Shown one piece after another: positions 27,897 to 38,170 of a stretch of 64,000 bases of DNA. The notes under the pieces were generated by a model. It had not been told where the DNA came from, made no database searches, and saw only the letters and a list, made by a program, of their open reading frames with translations. Position 1 is the first letter of the stretch, and each line of letters starts with the position of its first letter. The translations under genes were made by a program, and so were the position numbers. Source of the stretch: Desulfobacterales bacterium (lineage in GTDB: Bacteria > Desulfobacterota > Desulfobacteria > Desulfobacterales > UBA2174); the NCBI GenBank assembly GCA_963668645.2, contig CAXXWC010000021.1, positions 416,001 through 480,000 on the forward strand, read 5' to 3'.

Positions 27897-29195
27897 ATGC
27901 GAAAAGTGATGCGAACCGTAAACCTGCTGACCGTCCTGGCACTGCTGAGCGCCCTGGCCGTGCCGGCGCTCGCCGGCGAGGTCATCGACAAGACCAACTG
28001 CGATAAAATCAAGGGAATGGTGCCCGACAGCGTCATGGCCTGGATCCAGAAGGGGGACATGACCATTACGATCGTCGACAAACTCGACTTCGACACCGGC
28101 GCCATCATGAAAGAGCCGTCCTTTGTGGCCGAATGCGACAAGAACCGCGGCAAATACGCGCTCAAGGAAGGCTTCATCGTCGACGCGGCCACCGGCAACA
28201 GCGCGGGGTTCATCGCCGGCCTGCCCTTTCCCGACCCCATCGACGCCAAGGACCCCGACGCCTTTTACAAGGTCAACTACAACCGCTACTACAACCTGCA
28301 CCGTATCGGCTCGATCCGCTTCGTCTTTCTCGGCGAGCTGATCAGCCGCAAAGGCCTGGAAAAAAAGGTCACGGGCAACTTTCTCAACTACTCCTACGAC
28401 GGATACCCGCCCCAGCGCGACACGCCCAACGATGACGACATCAAGTTCATGAGCATCAACAACATCACCTTCCCCTACGATATGAAGGGGGTGGCTTCGA
28501 TGATGTGGCGCTACCGGGAAAACAAGCCTGACATGTGCTATAATTACCTTCCCGGCATCCGGCGGGTGCGCCGCGGCAGCCCGGCCGGGCGCAGCGACTC
28601 CTTCGCCGGCTCGGAGCTGACCCTCGACGACCAGGGCGGCTACCAGGGCAAGATTTCCGCCATGAACATGCGCGTGGTTGAAGAGAAGGTCGCCCTGGTG
28701 CCCTGGGTCGACACCAAACCGGTGCCGGTCCAGCCCAACGACAAGGGAGAGTGGGTCACCGGCAAAGACGCGCCCAAACTGCAGATTGGCTACCGCCTGG
28801 GCGACAAGTGGAAGGGTGCCCCCTGGGCCATGCCCGGGCTCAAGTACGTCAAGCGCACCGTTCTGGTGGGCGAAATGGTGGCCAAGGATCAGAGCTACAA
28901 TTACGGCGTGAGCATCATGTGGTGTGACAAGGAAACCGGCATGGCCTGCTACAAGGTCAACTACGATCGCAAAAAGGAATACTGGAAGACGATGATCCTC
29001 GGCCTGGCGGCCTTCGGCGCCAAGGACGACCCGCAAAAGCGCTGGTTCGAGATGGGCTCGACGCTGATCGTCGACGACCGGGCCGACCGGGCCACGATCA
29101 TCGAACAGGTCACCCCGGATCACCCGTACGTTTTTTACGCCAACAACCCGCGCAACGACTTCTCCCTGGGCGGATTCGGCAAATACTGCAAATAG
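27897..29195 (+). CDS. DUF1329-family periplasmic (LolA-like) protein
   Basis: Signal peptide, GLPFP, YLPGIRRVRR, YDRKKEYWK; AGGAG SD. Confidence 0.85.
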   Translation: MRKVMRTVNLLTVLALLSALAVPALAGEVIDKTNCDKIKGMVPDSVMAWIQKGDMTITIVDKLDFDTGAIMKEPSFVAECDKNRGKYALKEGFIVDAATGNSAGFIAGLPFPDPIDAKDPDAFYKVNYNRYYNLHRIGSIRFVFLGELISRKGLEKKVTGNFLNYSYDGYPPQRDTPNDDDIKFMSINNITFPYDMKGVASMMWRYRENKPDMCYNYLPGIRRVRRGSPAGRSDSFAGSELTLDDQGGYQGKISAMNMRVVEEKVALVPWVDTKPVPVQPNDKGEWVTGKDAPKLQIGYRLGDKWKGAPWAMPGLKYVKRTVLVGEMVAKDQSYNYGVSIMWCDKETGMACYKVNYDRKKEYWKTMILGLAAFGAKDDPQKRWFEMGSTLIVDDRADRATIIEQVTPDHPYVFYANNPRNDFSLGGFGKYCK

Positions 29196-29214
29196 GAAGA
29201 TAACTGGAGCACTG

Positions 29215-29835
29215 ATGGGATCCAAGGAACGCCGTGCCCGGGAGCGAGAAAAACGCCGCAGCCAGATCCTCAATGCGGCCCGCTCGCTGCTGTTCTGCAA
29301 AGGGATGGAGGCCACCAGCATCAACCAGATCGCCCGCCAGGCCGAACTGGGAACCGCTTCGATCTATTCCTACTTCGAAAACCGTGAGGCGATCTTCGTG
29401 GCCCTGGAGGCTGAGGGGCTCCAACTGCTTTATCTGACGATGAACTGGGCCGCGCAGGAACCGGGCACGGCGGCCCAGCGCCTCGAACGCATGGCCATGG
29501 CCTACCTGCAATTCAGCCTGGAGCACCGCGACTATTTCAGCATCATCAACCACTTTCTGACCTCGCCGGTGGCGGGGATCTCACCGAACTTCGCCACCGA
29601 CCCCGAGGGGCTGGGCAACCGCATCATCACCCTGTTCGTCACGGCCCTTACCGAGGGCGTGGCGGCCGGCGTCTTTCGCGACGTTGATCCGCGCCGCACC
29701 GCGGTGACCTTCTGGAGCACCCTGCACAGCCTGATCCTCTTTGAGAAAATCAGCAACACCCCGCTGATGGGCGAAGACTACAAGGATCTTTACACTTACG
29801 CCGCAAAGAACATGATTCAAGGCCTCTGTCGATGA
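29215..29835 (+). CDS. TetR/AcrR family transcriptional regulator
   Basis: ILNAARSLLFCKG...SINQIARQAELGTASIYSYF; paralogous to 18190..18834. Confidence 0.92.
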   Translation: MGSKERRAREREKRRSQILNAARSLLFCKGMEATSINQIARQAELGTASIYSYFENREAIFVALEAEGLQLLYLTMNWAAQEPGTAAQRLERMAMAYLQFSLEHRDYFSIINHFLTSPVAGISPNFATDPEGLGNRIITLFVTALTEGVAAGVFRDVDPRRTAVTFWSTLHSLILFEKISNTPLMGEDYKDLYTYAAKNMIQGLCR

Positions 29836-31718
29836 CCACTGAAAAACTCGTCGTAGCGGCCGCCGGCAACCCGGTGCTCCAGGTCGACCTGAGCACCGGT
29901 ACGGCGGTGCACATTACCATCACCGAAGCGGACCGGCGCCGCTATCTCGGCGGCAAGGGCCTCGGGATAAAACTGCTCTACGATCGGTTCGGACCGGATC
30001 CTGATCCGCTGGGGCCGGACAACTGGATCGCCCTGATGCCCGGCGTGCTCATCGGCACCGGGGCTCCGTGTTCGGCCCGCTTCGCGGCCCTGACCCGTTC
30101 GCCGCTCACCGGGATCATGCTTTCTTGTTCCTGCGGCGGCCCCTTCGGGGTGGCGCTGAAAAGCGCCGGCTACGACGGTCTGCTGATCACCGGCCGGGCA
30201 GCCGCACCCTCGGTGCTGGCCATCGACAGTGAAAAAATCGCCATCACCCCGGCCGGCAATCTTTGGGGGCTGGAGACCGACGCGGCCCAGGCCGCCCTGT
30301 CCCCCGGCCGGCTCGACGGGGTTTTGGCCATCGGTCCGGCCGGAGAAAACCTGGTGCGCTTTGCCAACGCGGCCTCCGGTCACCGCTTTTTGGGCCGCGG
30401 CGGCCTGGGGGCGGTCATGGGCGCCAAACGGCTCAAGGCCGTGGTGGCTCGGGGCCGCAAGGCGCGAATCGTGCCGGCCTGGCCGGAAGCTTTCAAGAAA
30501 TGCGTGCGCCAGGCCAACAGGCGCTTGACCCATAACCGCTTTACCGCTGAAGTCTACCATCGCTACGGGACCCCGGGGAACCTCAAGATCTGCGATACGG
30601 CCGGGATCCTGCCGGTGAACAACTTCACCGCCGGGCGCCATCCCGAAAGCCACCGGGTGGCCGGCGAGACCATGGCCGAGCGCTTCGACACCTCGGCCAG
30701 CGCCTGCCGGCTTTGCCCCATCCGCTGCGGCCACAAGGGGACCCTGTCCGACGGCACGGTCCACCAGGTGCCCGAGTTCGAAACCGTGGGACTGCTCGGC
30801 ACCAACCTGGGGATCTTCGATCCGGAACAGATCGTGGTTTTCAACGATATCTGCAACCGGCTCGGGATGGACACGATCTCGGCCGGCGCCACCATCGCCT
30901 TTATCATGGAGGCCGCCGAACGCGGCCTGATCCGCAGCGACCTGCGCTTCGGGCGTCCCGAGGGGATCGCCGAAGCCCTGGAAGCCACGGCCTGGCGCAG
31001 CAAGACGGGCGATCTGATGGCAGAGGGGACCCGGCTGATGGCCGAAAAGATCGGCGGCCGCGACATGGCCCAGCACGTCAAGGGGCTGGACATGGCCGCC
31101 TACGATCCGCGCGGGGCCTGGGGCCAGGGACTGGCCTACGCGGTGGCCAACCGCGGCGGGTGCCATCTGTCCGCCTACCTGGTGAGCCTGGAAGTCTTCT
31201 ACGGGTTGCTCAACCCCCACACCACCTGGGCCAAGCCGCAGTTCGTCAAATTCTTCGAGGACCTGACTTGCTGCATCAATGCGCTGCACACCTGCCAGTT
31301 CACCATGTACGCCTACTGCATGGAAGCCCCCATTGCGCGCTATACGCCCAAGTTCCTGCTCGGTTTTTCCATGCAGTGGCTGCCGCACCTGGCCCTGCCC
31401 CTGATCGATGTCCTGGTCTACCGCAACCTCTGGCAGGCCGCCACGGGTATGCGCATCTCACGCCGCGCCTTTCTGCGGGCCGGGGCCCGGATTCACGTGC
31501 TCGAACGGCTGATGAACACCGGCTGGGGCATCCGGGCAGAAGATGACACCCTGCCGCCGCGATTTCTCCACACCAGCCACGACCCCAGGCAAAAGCCGGT
31601 CCCCCTTGCCAAGATGCTGCCGCGCTACTACCGGTGCCGCGGCTACGATGCGGCCGGCATTCCCACCGCCCACACCCTGGCCCGGCTCGGTATCGAGGGC
31701 CAACCGGCCGGCAAATAA
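29832..31718 (+). CDS. Tungsten-type aldehyde:ferredoxin oxidoreductase
   Basis: YLGGKGLG, RSPLTG, IGPAGENLV, GRGGLGAVMGAKRLKA, CRLCPIRC, GMDTIS, RGGCH. Confidence 0.93.
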   Translation: MTTEKLVVAAAGNPVLQVDLSTGTAVHITITEADRRRYLGGKGLGIKLLYDRFGPDPDPLGPDNWIALMPGVLIGTGAPCSARFAALTRSPLTGIMLSCSCGGPFGVALKSAGYDGLLITGRAAAPSVLAIDSEKIAITPAGNLWGLETDAAQAALSPGRLDGVLAIGPAGENLVRFANAASGHRFLGRGGLGAVMGAKRLKAVVARGRKARIVPAWPEAFKKCVRQANRRLTHNRFTAEVYHRYGTPGNLKICDTAGILPVNNFTAGRHPESHRVAGETMAERFDTSASACRLCPIRCGHKGTLSDGTVHQVPEFETVGLLGTNLGIFDPEQIVVFNDICNRLGMDTISAGATIAFIMEAAERGLIRSDLRFGRPEGIAEALEATAWRSKTGDLMAEGTRLMAEKIGGRDMAQHVKGLDMAAYDPRGAWGQGLAYAVANRGGCHLSAYLVSLEVFYGLLNPHTTWAKPQFVKFFEDLTCCINALHTCQFTMYAYCMEAPIARYTPKFLLGFSMQWLPHLALPLIDVLVYRNLWQAATGMRISRRAFLRAGARIHVLERLMNTGWGIRAEDDTLPPRFLHTSHDPRQKPVPLAKMLPRYYRCRGYDAAGIPTAHTLARLGIEGQPAGK

Positions 31719-31802
31719 AAAATCGGACTTGGCCGCTTAACCATCCTCCATCCCGCCCCGCGGCCTGCATCGACAAACAACCTTGGCGACAGCGCCGCGA
31801 GT

Positions 31803-33518
31803 GTGCTATCAGTGCCGGTCGATGCGGCCGCCGCAACGGCCGTCAACGCAACGCCGCCGCCCCGCGACCGGGCGGCCGGAAGGGAGCCGAAGACAACCGT
31901 GTCCGTTCTGGAAACCACCCCACGCCCACTGGTGGCCGACTGGTCCACCTTGCAGCGCATTTTCCTCAAGCCGGAAAACGATGCAGCCCGCAGCGCCCTG
32001 CTCAAGTACATGGAACAGATCCTCTTCGGCCTGCACGATTTTCTCAAAACGCATGTGGGCATCACCCGGGAGGCTTCACTGCGCGATCTGGCGGCCCGCT
32101 TCACCGATGTGACCATCGCCGAGCACCCGGAAAAAAAGCTGGCCGGAATCATCAGCGAATTGATCGAAGAGATCGCCCCCCACGCGGTCAATGTGGCCTC
32201 TCCCTACTTCGTGGGGCACATGACCGCCGCTATCCCCTTTTTCATGGTGCACCTGAAAACCATCGTGGCGGCCCTGAACCAGAACGTGGTCAAGCTGGAG
32301 ACCTCCAAGGTGGTCTCGGTGCTCGAAAAACAGGTGCTGGCCAAACTTCACCGGCTCATCTTCGGCCTCAGCGACGATTTTTACGCCACGTATGTGCAGA
32401 ATCCGGACACCTGCCTGGGCACCTTCGTGGAAGACGGCACCCTGGCTAACCTGACGGCGCTGTGGGTGGCCCGCAACCGGCTGCTGGGCCCTTTGCCGGG
32501 ATTTTCAGGGATCGAGGCCGAAGGTCTGCCGGCGGCCATGGAGGCCCATGGCGTGCGGCGCGTCGTGGTACTCGCTTCGCGCCTGGCCCACCACAGCCTG
32601 CGCAAGGCCGGGGGGGTTCTGGGCATCGGCAGCGCCAACGTGCTCGGCCTGCCGGTGGACGCCCGCAACCGGGTCGATCTACGAGCTTTGCAAGGCATTT
32701 TGAAGGATCTGCAAAAAGACGGCACCCGCGTCATGGCCCTGGTCGGCATTGCCGGCACCACCGAGGCCGGCACCATCGATCCTTTGACCCAGCTGGCCGA
32801 AATCGCCGCCGAGCGCGGCATCCACTTCCATGTGGACGCCGCCTGGGGCGGAGCGACCCTCATGTCACCGGCTTACCGCCATCTTCTCCAGGGCATCGAG
32901 CGAGCCGATTCAGTCACCATCGACGGTCACAAACAGTTTTATATGCCCATGAGCTGCGGCATGGTCTATTTCCGCGATCCGCATTACATGGACGCCGTGG
33001 CCTACCACGCGCGCTATATCAACCGCCCCGGTTCGGTGGATCTGGGCATCCGTTCGCTTTGCGGCAGCCGGGAGGCCGCCTCCCTGATTTTGCACAGCGC
33101 CTTGAAAATCATGGGCAGCCAAGGCTACGCGCTGCTCATCGACCACGGGATCCAGACGGCCAGGGCCTTTGCCGAAGAGATCCGCCGCCGGCCGGATTTC
33201 GAACTGCTCAGCGCACCGGAGCTCAACATCGTGTTGTACCGGTTGCGCCCCCGCGACCCGTCACCTGGCGGTCTTTCTCGAAGCGATCTCAACCAGCGCT
33301 TGAACCGGATCAATATCCGGATCCAGCGTCTCCAGCGCGAAGCGGGCAAGAGCTTCGTCTCGCGCACCACCGTGTTTGATCCCACCGAACCCGAACAACC
33401 CATCGTCGCGCTTCGCTGTGTGCTGATGAACCCCATGACCACCATGGCGATCCTGCACGAGATCCTCGATGAACAGACGGACATTTATCAGCGGCAAGTG
33501 GCTGCCGTCGACGGATGA
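31803..33518 (+). CDS. panP: PLP-dependent group II decarboxylase, PanP-like aspartate 1-decarboxylase (start uncertain)
   Basis: FVGHMT, LNQNVVKLETSK, GTLANLTALWVARN, HVDAAWGG, DGHKQ, FVSRT. Confidence 0.8.
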   Translation: MLSVPVDAAAATAVNATPPPRDRAAGREPKTTVSVLETTPRPLVADWSTLQRIFLKPENDAARSALLKYMEQILFGLHDFLKTHVGITREASLRDLAARFTDVTIAEHPEKKLAGIISELIEEIAPHAVNVASPYFVGHMTAAIPFFMVHLKTIVAALNQNVVKLETSKVVSVLEKQVLAKLHRLIFGLSDDFYATYVQNPDTCLGTFVEDGTLANLTALWVARNRLLGPLPGFSGIEAEGLPAAMEAHGVRRVVVLASRLAHHSLRKAGGVLGIGSANVLGLPVDARNRVDLRALQGILKDLQKDGTRVMALVGIAGTTEAGTIDPLTQLAEIAAERGIHFHVDAAWGGATLMSPAYRHLLQGIERADSVTIDGHKQFYMPMSCGMVYFRDPHYMDAVAYHARYINRPGSVDLGIRSLCGSREAASLILHSALKIMGSQGYALLIDHGIQTARAFAEEIRRRPDFELLSAPELNIVLYRLRPRDPSPGGLSRSDLNQRLNRINIRIQRLQREAGKSFVSRTTVFDPTEPEQPIVALRCVLMNPMTTMAILHEILDEQTDIYQRQVAAVDG

Positions 33519-33747
33519 TTCAACTGCCGGCTTTTGCGGTAAGACCCCAGCGCTCCGAATCGCGAAAGCGGCTTTGTGGCGGATCCGCCTCCTTTCCAGG
33601 ACGCAAAAAAAGCTGACACCGCCGCCGGATTTTTGCGTGCACCGGCGCGGACGCGGGCGCCGTTTTGCCCCGGTGCAACCCGCTGGAAACGCCCGCCGCG
33701 CCGCCTGAAGCGGTTTCAGGCCGGCCGTGCACTTCGGTTTTGACGAC

Positions 33748-33763
33748 TGGCACGGCCTTTGCT
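33748..33763 (+). promoter_or_regulatory. Sigma54 promoter (consensus)
   Basis: TGGCACGGCCTTTGCT, about 40 nt before the kinase ATG at 33803. Confidence 0.8.
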
Positions 33764-33802
33764 GTCTATTGGGGGCGGAAAAAATTTCCTGGTGAGCATA
33801 AT

Positions 33803-35950
33803 ATGTCAGAACTGACCAAACGTCCGGTTGTGGAAAAACAGATCATTCTGGCGGTAGCCGGAATCCTGGTGGTGTTCTTATCCATCGGCGTCTCGCTCAG
33901 TTCATGGTCCGGTGAAGAGGTCCGCCAGATCGTCAAAAACCAGTTCAACGCCGAACAGCTTGTGGTGGCCCGCAGTGTCAAAGGGCTCATCGAGCGAGAA
34001 CTCAATTTCCTCAAACGCGAAATCCAGCTTCTGGCCCGTGAGGCGGGACGCGGCGTTTTTTCACCGGAAACGATGCAGGCCGCGATCCAGATGTCCTTCA
34101 GCCGGGTGATCGAAAGCGGGGTGCGGCGCATCGAAATCTACGACTTTGAAAACGACCGCCTCTTTCTCTACCTGCCGTACCGCCAATGGAGCCTCGCCGA
34201 AAAGGACGTCGACCTGCCGGACAACACCACCATGGCCCAAGCCTTCGCCCAGGAGCGGATCTGGGTGAGCACACCGGTGCTCAAGGGTGCCGAAATCTAC
34301 CTGACGCTGGCCGCCCCCCTGGCCGATCAGACCGGGCTGCACCTTTTTTTTCACATCAACGTCTCATGGTTTTTGGCCCCTTTCATCAAGCATATCCGCT
34401 CGGGTGAAACCGGCTATGCCTGGGTCATCGACGGCAAAGGTCGTTTCCTCTATCATCCGGAAATCTCCTATATCGGCAAAAGCGCCTTCAAGGCGCGCGC
34501 CGAAAAGTTCCCGGATTTTTCTTTCCAGCGGATCAATGAAATCCAGCAAAAGCATATGCTGCGCGGCGAGGAAGGCACCGGCATATACGATTCTTCCTGG
34601 CACCGGGGGCTTACCGGCGAACTGATCAAGCTGATCGCCTTTACGCCCATCACGGTGGCCACCTCACCGCCCCAGCACTGGTCGGTGGCGGTGGTGGCGC
34701 CGGAAAGCGAAATCGAAGCTGCCGTGCGCCGCAGCCATTTCCTGCTGTGGTCCTTGCAGGGGCTGGGACTTTTCATCCTCCTGGCGGCCGGCGTGACCAT
34801 CGTGGCCCTGGAGATGCGCTGGTCCCGGCGGCTCGAAAGGCTGGTGGACAACCGGACCCTGGCCCTGCGCCGCAGCGAGGAAGACTATCGCAGCCTGGTG
34901 GAAAGCGCCGAAGACTTCATTTACACCGTCGACAGCGAGGCCCAGTTCCTTTCGGTCAACAGTTTTACGGCCAAGTTCTTCGGGCAGGATCCGGAACAGC
35001 TCGCCGGCCGGCCCCTCGACGCCCTTTTCAGTGAAGCCGTCGCCGCGCGCCAGCGCGAACATATCACCCGGGTCTTCCAGAGGGGCCGCAGCATCCGCGA
35101 TGAATTCGAAATCCAGAGCGGTGGCGGCAGTATTTGGCTCGGTGCCAACTTCATGCCGGTGCGCGGTGAAACAGGTGTGGTGCAGGCCGTTTTGTGCATC
35201 GCCCGGGACGTCACCGAAAACAAACAGTTGCAGGAGCACCTGATCAACACCGAAAAGCTGGCCTCCATCGGCACCCTGGCCGCCGGCTTCGCCCACGAAA
35301 TCAACAACCCGCTGGGGGTCATGCTCGGGTTTTGCGACCTGCTGCTGCGCGGCCGCGAACCGGGTTCCCAGGAGCATGAGGACCTCAAAACCATCGAACG
35401 CCAGGGGATGCACTGCAAGGAGATCGTGGAAAACCTGCTCAGCTTCGCCCGCAGCCGGGGGGACAACTCGGAAAACGCGGCTCTGAATCGCTGCATCGAG
35501 GAGATCGTGCGTGTGGTGCGCCACAATCTGGAAATGAACGACATCGAAATCCATACCAGCCTGGACGAGTCCATCGGAATGGTCAGCGGCGATCACCGCC
35601 AGTTGCAGCAAGTCTTTCTCAATCTGATCAACAACGCCACCGCGGCCATGCCCGAGGGTGGCAGCCTGACGATCTCCAGCCGGCTCGAAAAAGGCGGCCG
35701 CTGGGCTTCGGTCCGGATCCGTGACACCGGAGGCGGAATCCAGCCCGAAGATCTGGATCACATCTTCGAACCGTTTTACACCACCAAACCCGAAGGTGAA
35801 GGTACGGGCCTGGGACTCTTTGTCAGCTACGGCATCGTGACCCGCTACGGCGGCAGCATCGAGTGCCAGAGCCACACCACCGAGACTCCCGGCCGTCCCC
35901 GGGGCACGACCTTCACGGTGAAGCTTCCCGTGCGGATCAAGGAGGCATAA
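33803..35950 (+). CDS. Sensor histidine kinase (Cache, PAS, HisKA, HATPase)
   Basis: TM-Cache-TM; GYAWVIDGKGRFLYHP; PAS; AHEINNPL, NLINNA, DTGGGI, GTGLGL. Confidence 0.93.
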   Translation: MSELTKRPVVEKQIILAVAGILVVFLSIGVSLSSWSGEEVRQIVKNQFNAEQLVVARSVKGLIERELNFLKREIQLLAREAGRGVFSPETMQAAIQMSFSRVIESGVRRIEIYDFENDRLFLYLPYRQWSLAEKDVDLPDNTTMAQAFAQERIWVSTPVLKGAEIYLTLAAPLADQTGLHLFFHINVSWFLAPFIKHIRSGETGYAWVIDGKGRFLYHPEISYIGKSAFKARAEKFPDFSFQRINEIQQKHMLRGEEGTGIYDSSWHRGLTGELIKLIAFTPITVATSPPQHWSVAVVAPESEIEAAVRRSHFLLWSLQGLGLFILLAAGVTIVALEMRWSRRLERLVDNRTLALRRSEEDYRSLVESAEDFIYTVDSEAQFLSVNSFTAKFFGQDPEQLAGRPLDALFSEAVAARQREHITRVFQRGRSIRDEFEIQSGGGSIWLGANFMPVRGETGVVQAVLCIARDVTENKQLQEHLINTEKLASIGTLAAGFAHEINNPLGVMLGFCDLLLRGREPGSQEHEDLKTIERQGMHCKEIVENLLSFARSRGDNSENAALNRCIEEIVRVVRHNLEMNDIEIHTSLDESIGMVSGDHRQLQQVFLNLINNATAAMPEGGSLTISSRLEKGGRWASVRIRDTGGGIQPEDLDHIFEPFYTTKPEGEGTGLGLFVSYGIVTRYGGSIECQSHTTETPGRPRGTTFTVKLPVRIKEA

Positions 35951-37350
35951 TGGGCGGACGTATTCTGGCAGTGGACGATGAAAAAGACATGCTGGCCCTG
36001 CTGCGTCGGATCATCGACGAAGAGACCGATTATGAACTGATTACCGAATCCGATCCGCTCCAGGCCCTGGAAAGGTTCAAGGCCGAACCCTTCGATCTGG
36101 TAATCAGCGATCTGAAGATGCCCAGGATGGACGGGCTGCGTCTGCTCGAGGCCATTCAGGGGCACAACCCCAAAGCGGCCGTGATCCTGATGACCGCCTA
36201 CGGCACCATCGAAACGGCTGTTGAGGCTACCCGTAAAGGAGCCCAGGATTTCATCACCAAGCCGTTCCGGCGTGAACGGATCCTGGTCACGGTGGAAAGG
36301 GTCATGCAGTGGCATCGCATGGCCAAGGAAAACGAGCGCCTGCGCGAGGCGTTGGCCCACAAGGAGGGGTTTGCCAGCCTGGTCGGAGCCAGCGCCAAAA
36401 TGAAGGAGGTGTTCGAACGCATCCGCCAGGTCGCCCCCACCCAGGGCACGGTGCTGATTACCGGCCCTTCGGGCACCGGCAAGGAGCTGGTAGCCAGGGC
36501 TATCCATCAGTACAGCCAGCGGCACGAACACAAACTGGTCACGGTCAACTGCACCGCCATTCCGGAAAACGTGCTTGAAAGCGAACTGTTCGGCCACATG
36601 CGCGGCGCCTTCACCGGGGCCTGGAAGGACAAAAGCGGTCTGGCGGCCGAAGCCGACGGGGGGACCTTGTTTCTCGATGAAATCGGGGATCTGTCGCCCC
36701 TGATGCAAACCAAGTTGCTGCGCCTGCTTCAGGAAGGTGAATACAAACCGGTGGGCAGCGTGGTGACCCACAAAGCCGACATCCGCTTCATCGCCGCGAC
36801 CAACCACAATCTTAAAACCGCCATCCGGGAGCGGACCTTTCGCGAAGATCTTTACTACCGGCTCAACGTGATCCATTTCGACCTGCCGCCTCTGCGCGAC
36901 CGCAAGGGCGACATTCCTCTGCTGGCCTACCATTTTCTTAAAAAATACGCCCAGGCCAACCAGAAGCCCATCGAGGACATCTCACCGGTGGCTCTCCAGA
37001 CCCTTTCGGGCCGTGATTACCCGGGCAACGTGCGCGAGCTGGAAAACATCATCGAACGCGGGGTAATCTACTGCCGGGGAAAAGCCCTGACGGTCAAGGA
37101 TCTGCTGCTTGACAGCGACCGGGAGACGATCTTTCCGGAGTTGGATATCGACATGGCGCGTATGCCCTTCAAGGACGCCAAGGATCGGATGATGCAGATG
37201 TTTCACCAGCATTACATCGAGGCCCTGCTGCGAGAACACGGGGGCAACATCAGCCGGGCGGCGGAAACCGCCGGGATCCAGCGCCAGTACCTGCACCGGT
37301 TGATCAAGGAGACCGGCATCGAAGCCGATACGTTCAAAGAGAGGGTGTAA
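35950..37350 (+). CDS. Sigma54-dependent response regulator (NtrC family)
   Basis: REC (VDDE, DLKMP), GPSGTGKE, ESELFGHMRGAFTGA, LFLDEIG, PGNVRELEN, Fis HTH. Confidence 0.96.
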   Translation: MGGRILAVDDEKDMLALLRRIIDEETDYELITESDPLQALERFKAEPFDLVISDLKMPRMDGLRLLEAIQGHNPKAAVILMTAYGTIETAVEATRKGAQDFITKPFRRERILVTVERVMQWHRMAKENERLREALAHKEGFASLVGASAKMKEVFERIRQVAPTQGTVLITGPSGTGKELVARAIHQYSQRHEHKLVTVNCTAIPENVLESELFGHMRGAFTGAWKDKSGLAAEADGGTLFLDEIGDLSPLMQTKLLRLLQEGEYKPVGSVVTHKADIRFIAATNHNLKTAIRERTFREDLYYRLNVIHFDLPPLRDRKGDIPLLAYHFLKKYAQANQKPIEDISPVALQTLSGRDYPGNVRELENIIERGVIYCRGKALTVKDLLLDSDRETIFPELDIDMARMPFKDAKDRMMQMFHQHYIEALLREHGGNISRAAETAGIQRQYLHRLIKETGIEADTFKERV

Positions 37351-37380
37351 GCGGGGTATTAAGCGCCGCGCTATTCCTTT

Positions 37381-37650
37381 TTAGTCGGATTTAGTCCGAG
37401 TCTCTGCTTTACGAGGTGCATGCGCCCGGCCGCGTCCGGAAGGCGGCTCGATGCCCAGACGGCGAAAAGCCTCGGCCAAATCCACCCGGCCCACCGGCCG
37501 GTTGTGGTGCACCACGGCGATTTCCCGCAGGCCGCCGGCCACCATCATCTCCACGGCCCGCACCAGGCGGTCCTCCAGCCCCACACAGGGGCTGACGGCC
37601 AGCTCTGAACGGTAGGGCCGTATGATGTCATGGACCCGATGGTGGCGCAT
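37381..37650 (-). CDS. Small CBS-domain protein
   Basis: EDRLVRAVEMM...IAVVHHNRPVGRV; GGAG SD before 37650. Confidence 0.6.
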   Translation of the reverse strand: MRHHRVHDIIRPYRSELAVSPCVGLEDRLVRAVEMMVAGGLREIAVVHHNRPVGRVDLAEAFRRLGIEPPSGRGRAHAPRKAETRTKSD

Positions 37651-37886
37651 AAGGTTGACTCCAGCCGTTGATGTCTCCGGGCGCGCCTGCGGCCACCCGC
37701 ACATCCCGAGCTAAAGCAAAAACGATACCATTTCACCGCGAGCCCCTCGATATCATCAAACGCCTCAGTCCGGATCAACCGACCGCTTAAGATTTCAATT
37801 ATACGTAATTTTTAGTGAAAACCACCCCACTCACCAACCGCCGTCACCCCGCGGTGGGCTGCCGACGCCCGGCCCGGCAGGCACCC

Positions 37887-37934
37887 TGTCCACCATAGAC
37901 ATACAGTGGGGTGGGGAATTGTCCACCACCGATA
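37887..37934. promoter_or_regulatory. Tandem TGTC-N7-GA(C/T)A sites, candidate enhancer for the sigma54 activator
   Basis: TGTCCACCATAGACA (37887-37901) and TGTCCACCACCGATA (37920-37934), about 90-135 nt upstream of a -24/-12 element. Confidence 0.55.
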
Positions 37935-38022
37935 TCCAGTCGCATTCCGCCGAAGGCGCTGCTTCCGCCGCCATCGGGCGTCATTCAAGCCTTTAAGCAA
38001 ATAATTATTTCTTCCACGACTT

Positions 38023-38038
38023 TGGCACGGCATTTGTT
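38023..38038 (+). promoter_or_regulatory. Sigma54 promoter, -12 GT variant, for the TauE operon
   Basis: TGGCACGGCATTTGTT, preceded by an AT-rich IHF-like tract. Confidence 0.65.
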
Positions 38039-38170
38039 AGAAGTGAAGGCCAAGATCGGGGTTCTGGTAGTGAAGCGTCAAGTTTTAAAAGAGACTTAAG
38101 CCCGATGGCCGCGGCACCTGCCGCCAACAACTTAAAACGGCATTATCACTACCCCAAAGGAGGCGGAAAC

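Noticed and set aside
27840..31388. Long antisense ORFs 27840..29324 and 29817..31388
   Set aside because: Shadows of DUF1329 and AOR caused by high-GC codon bias; no motifs
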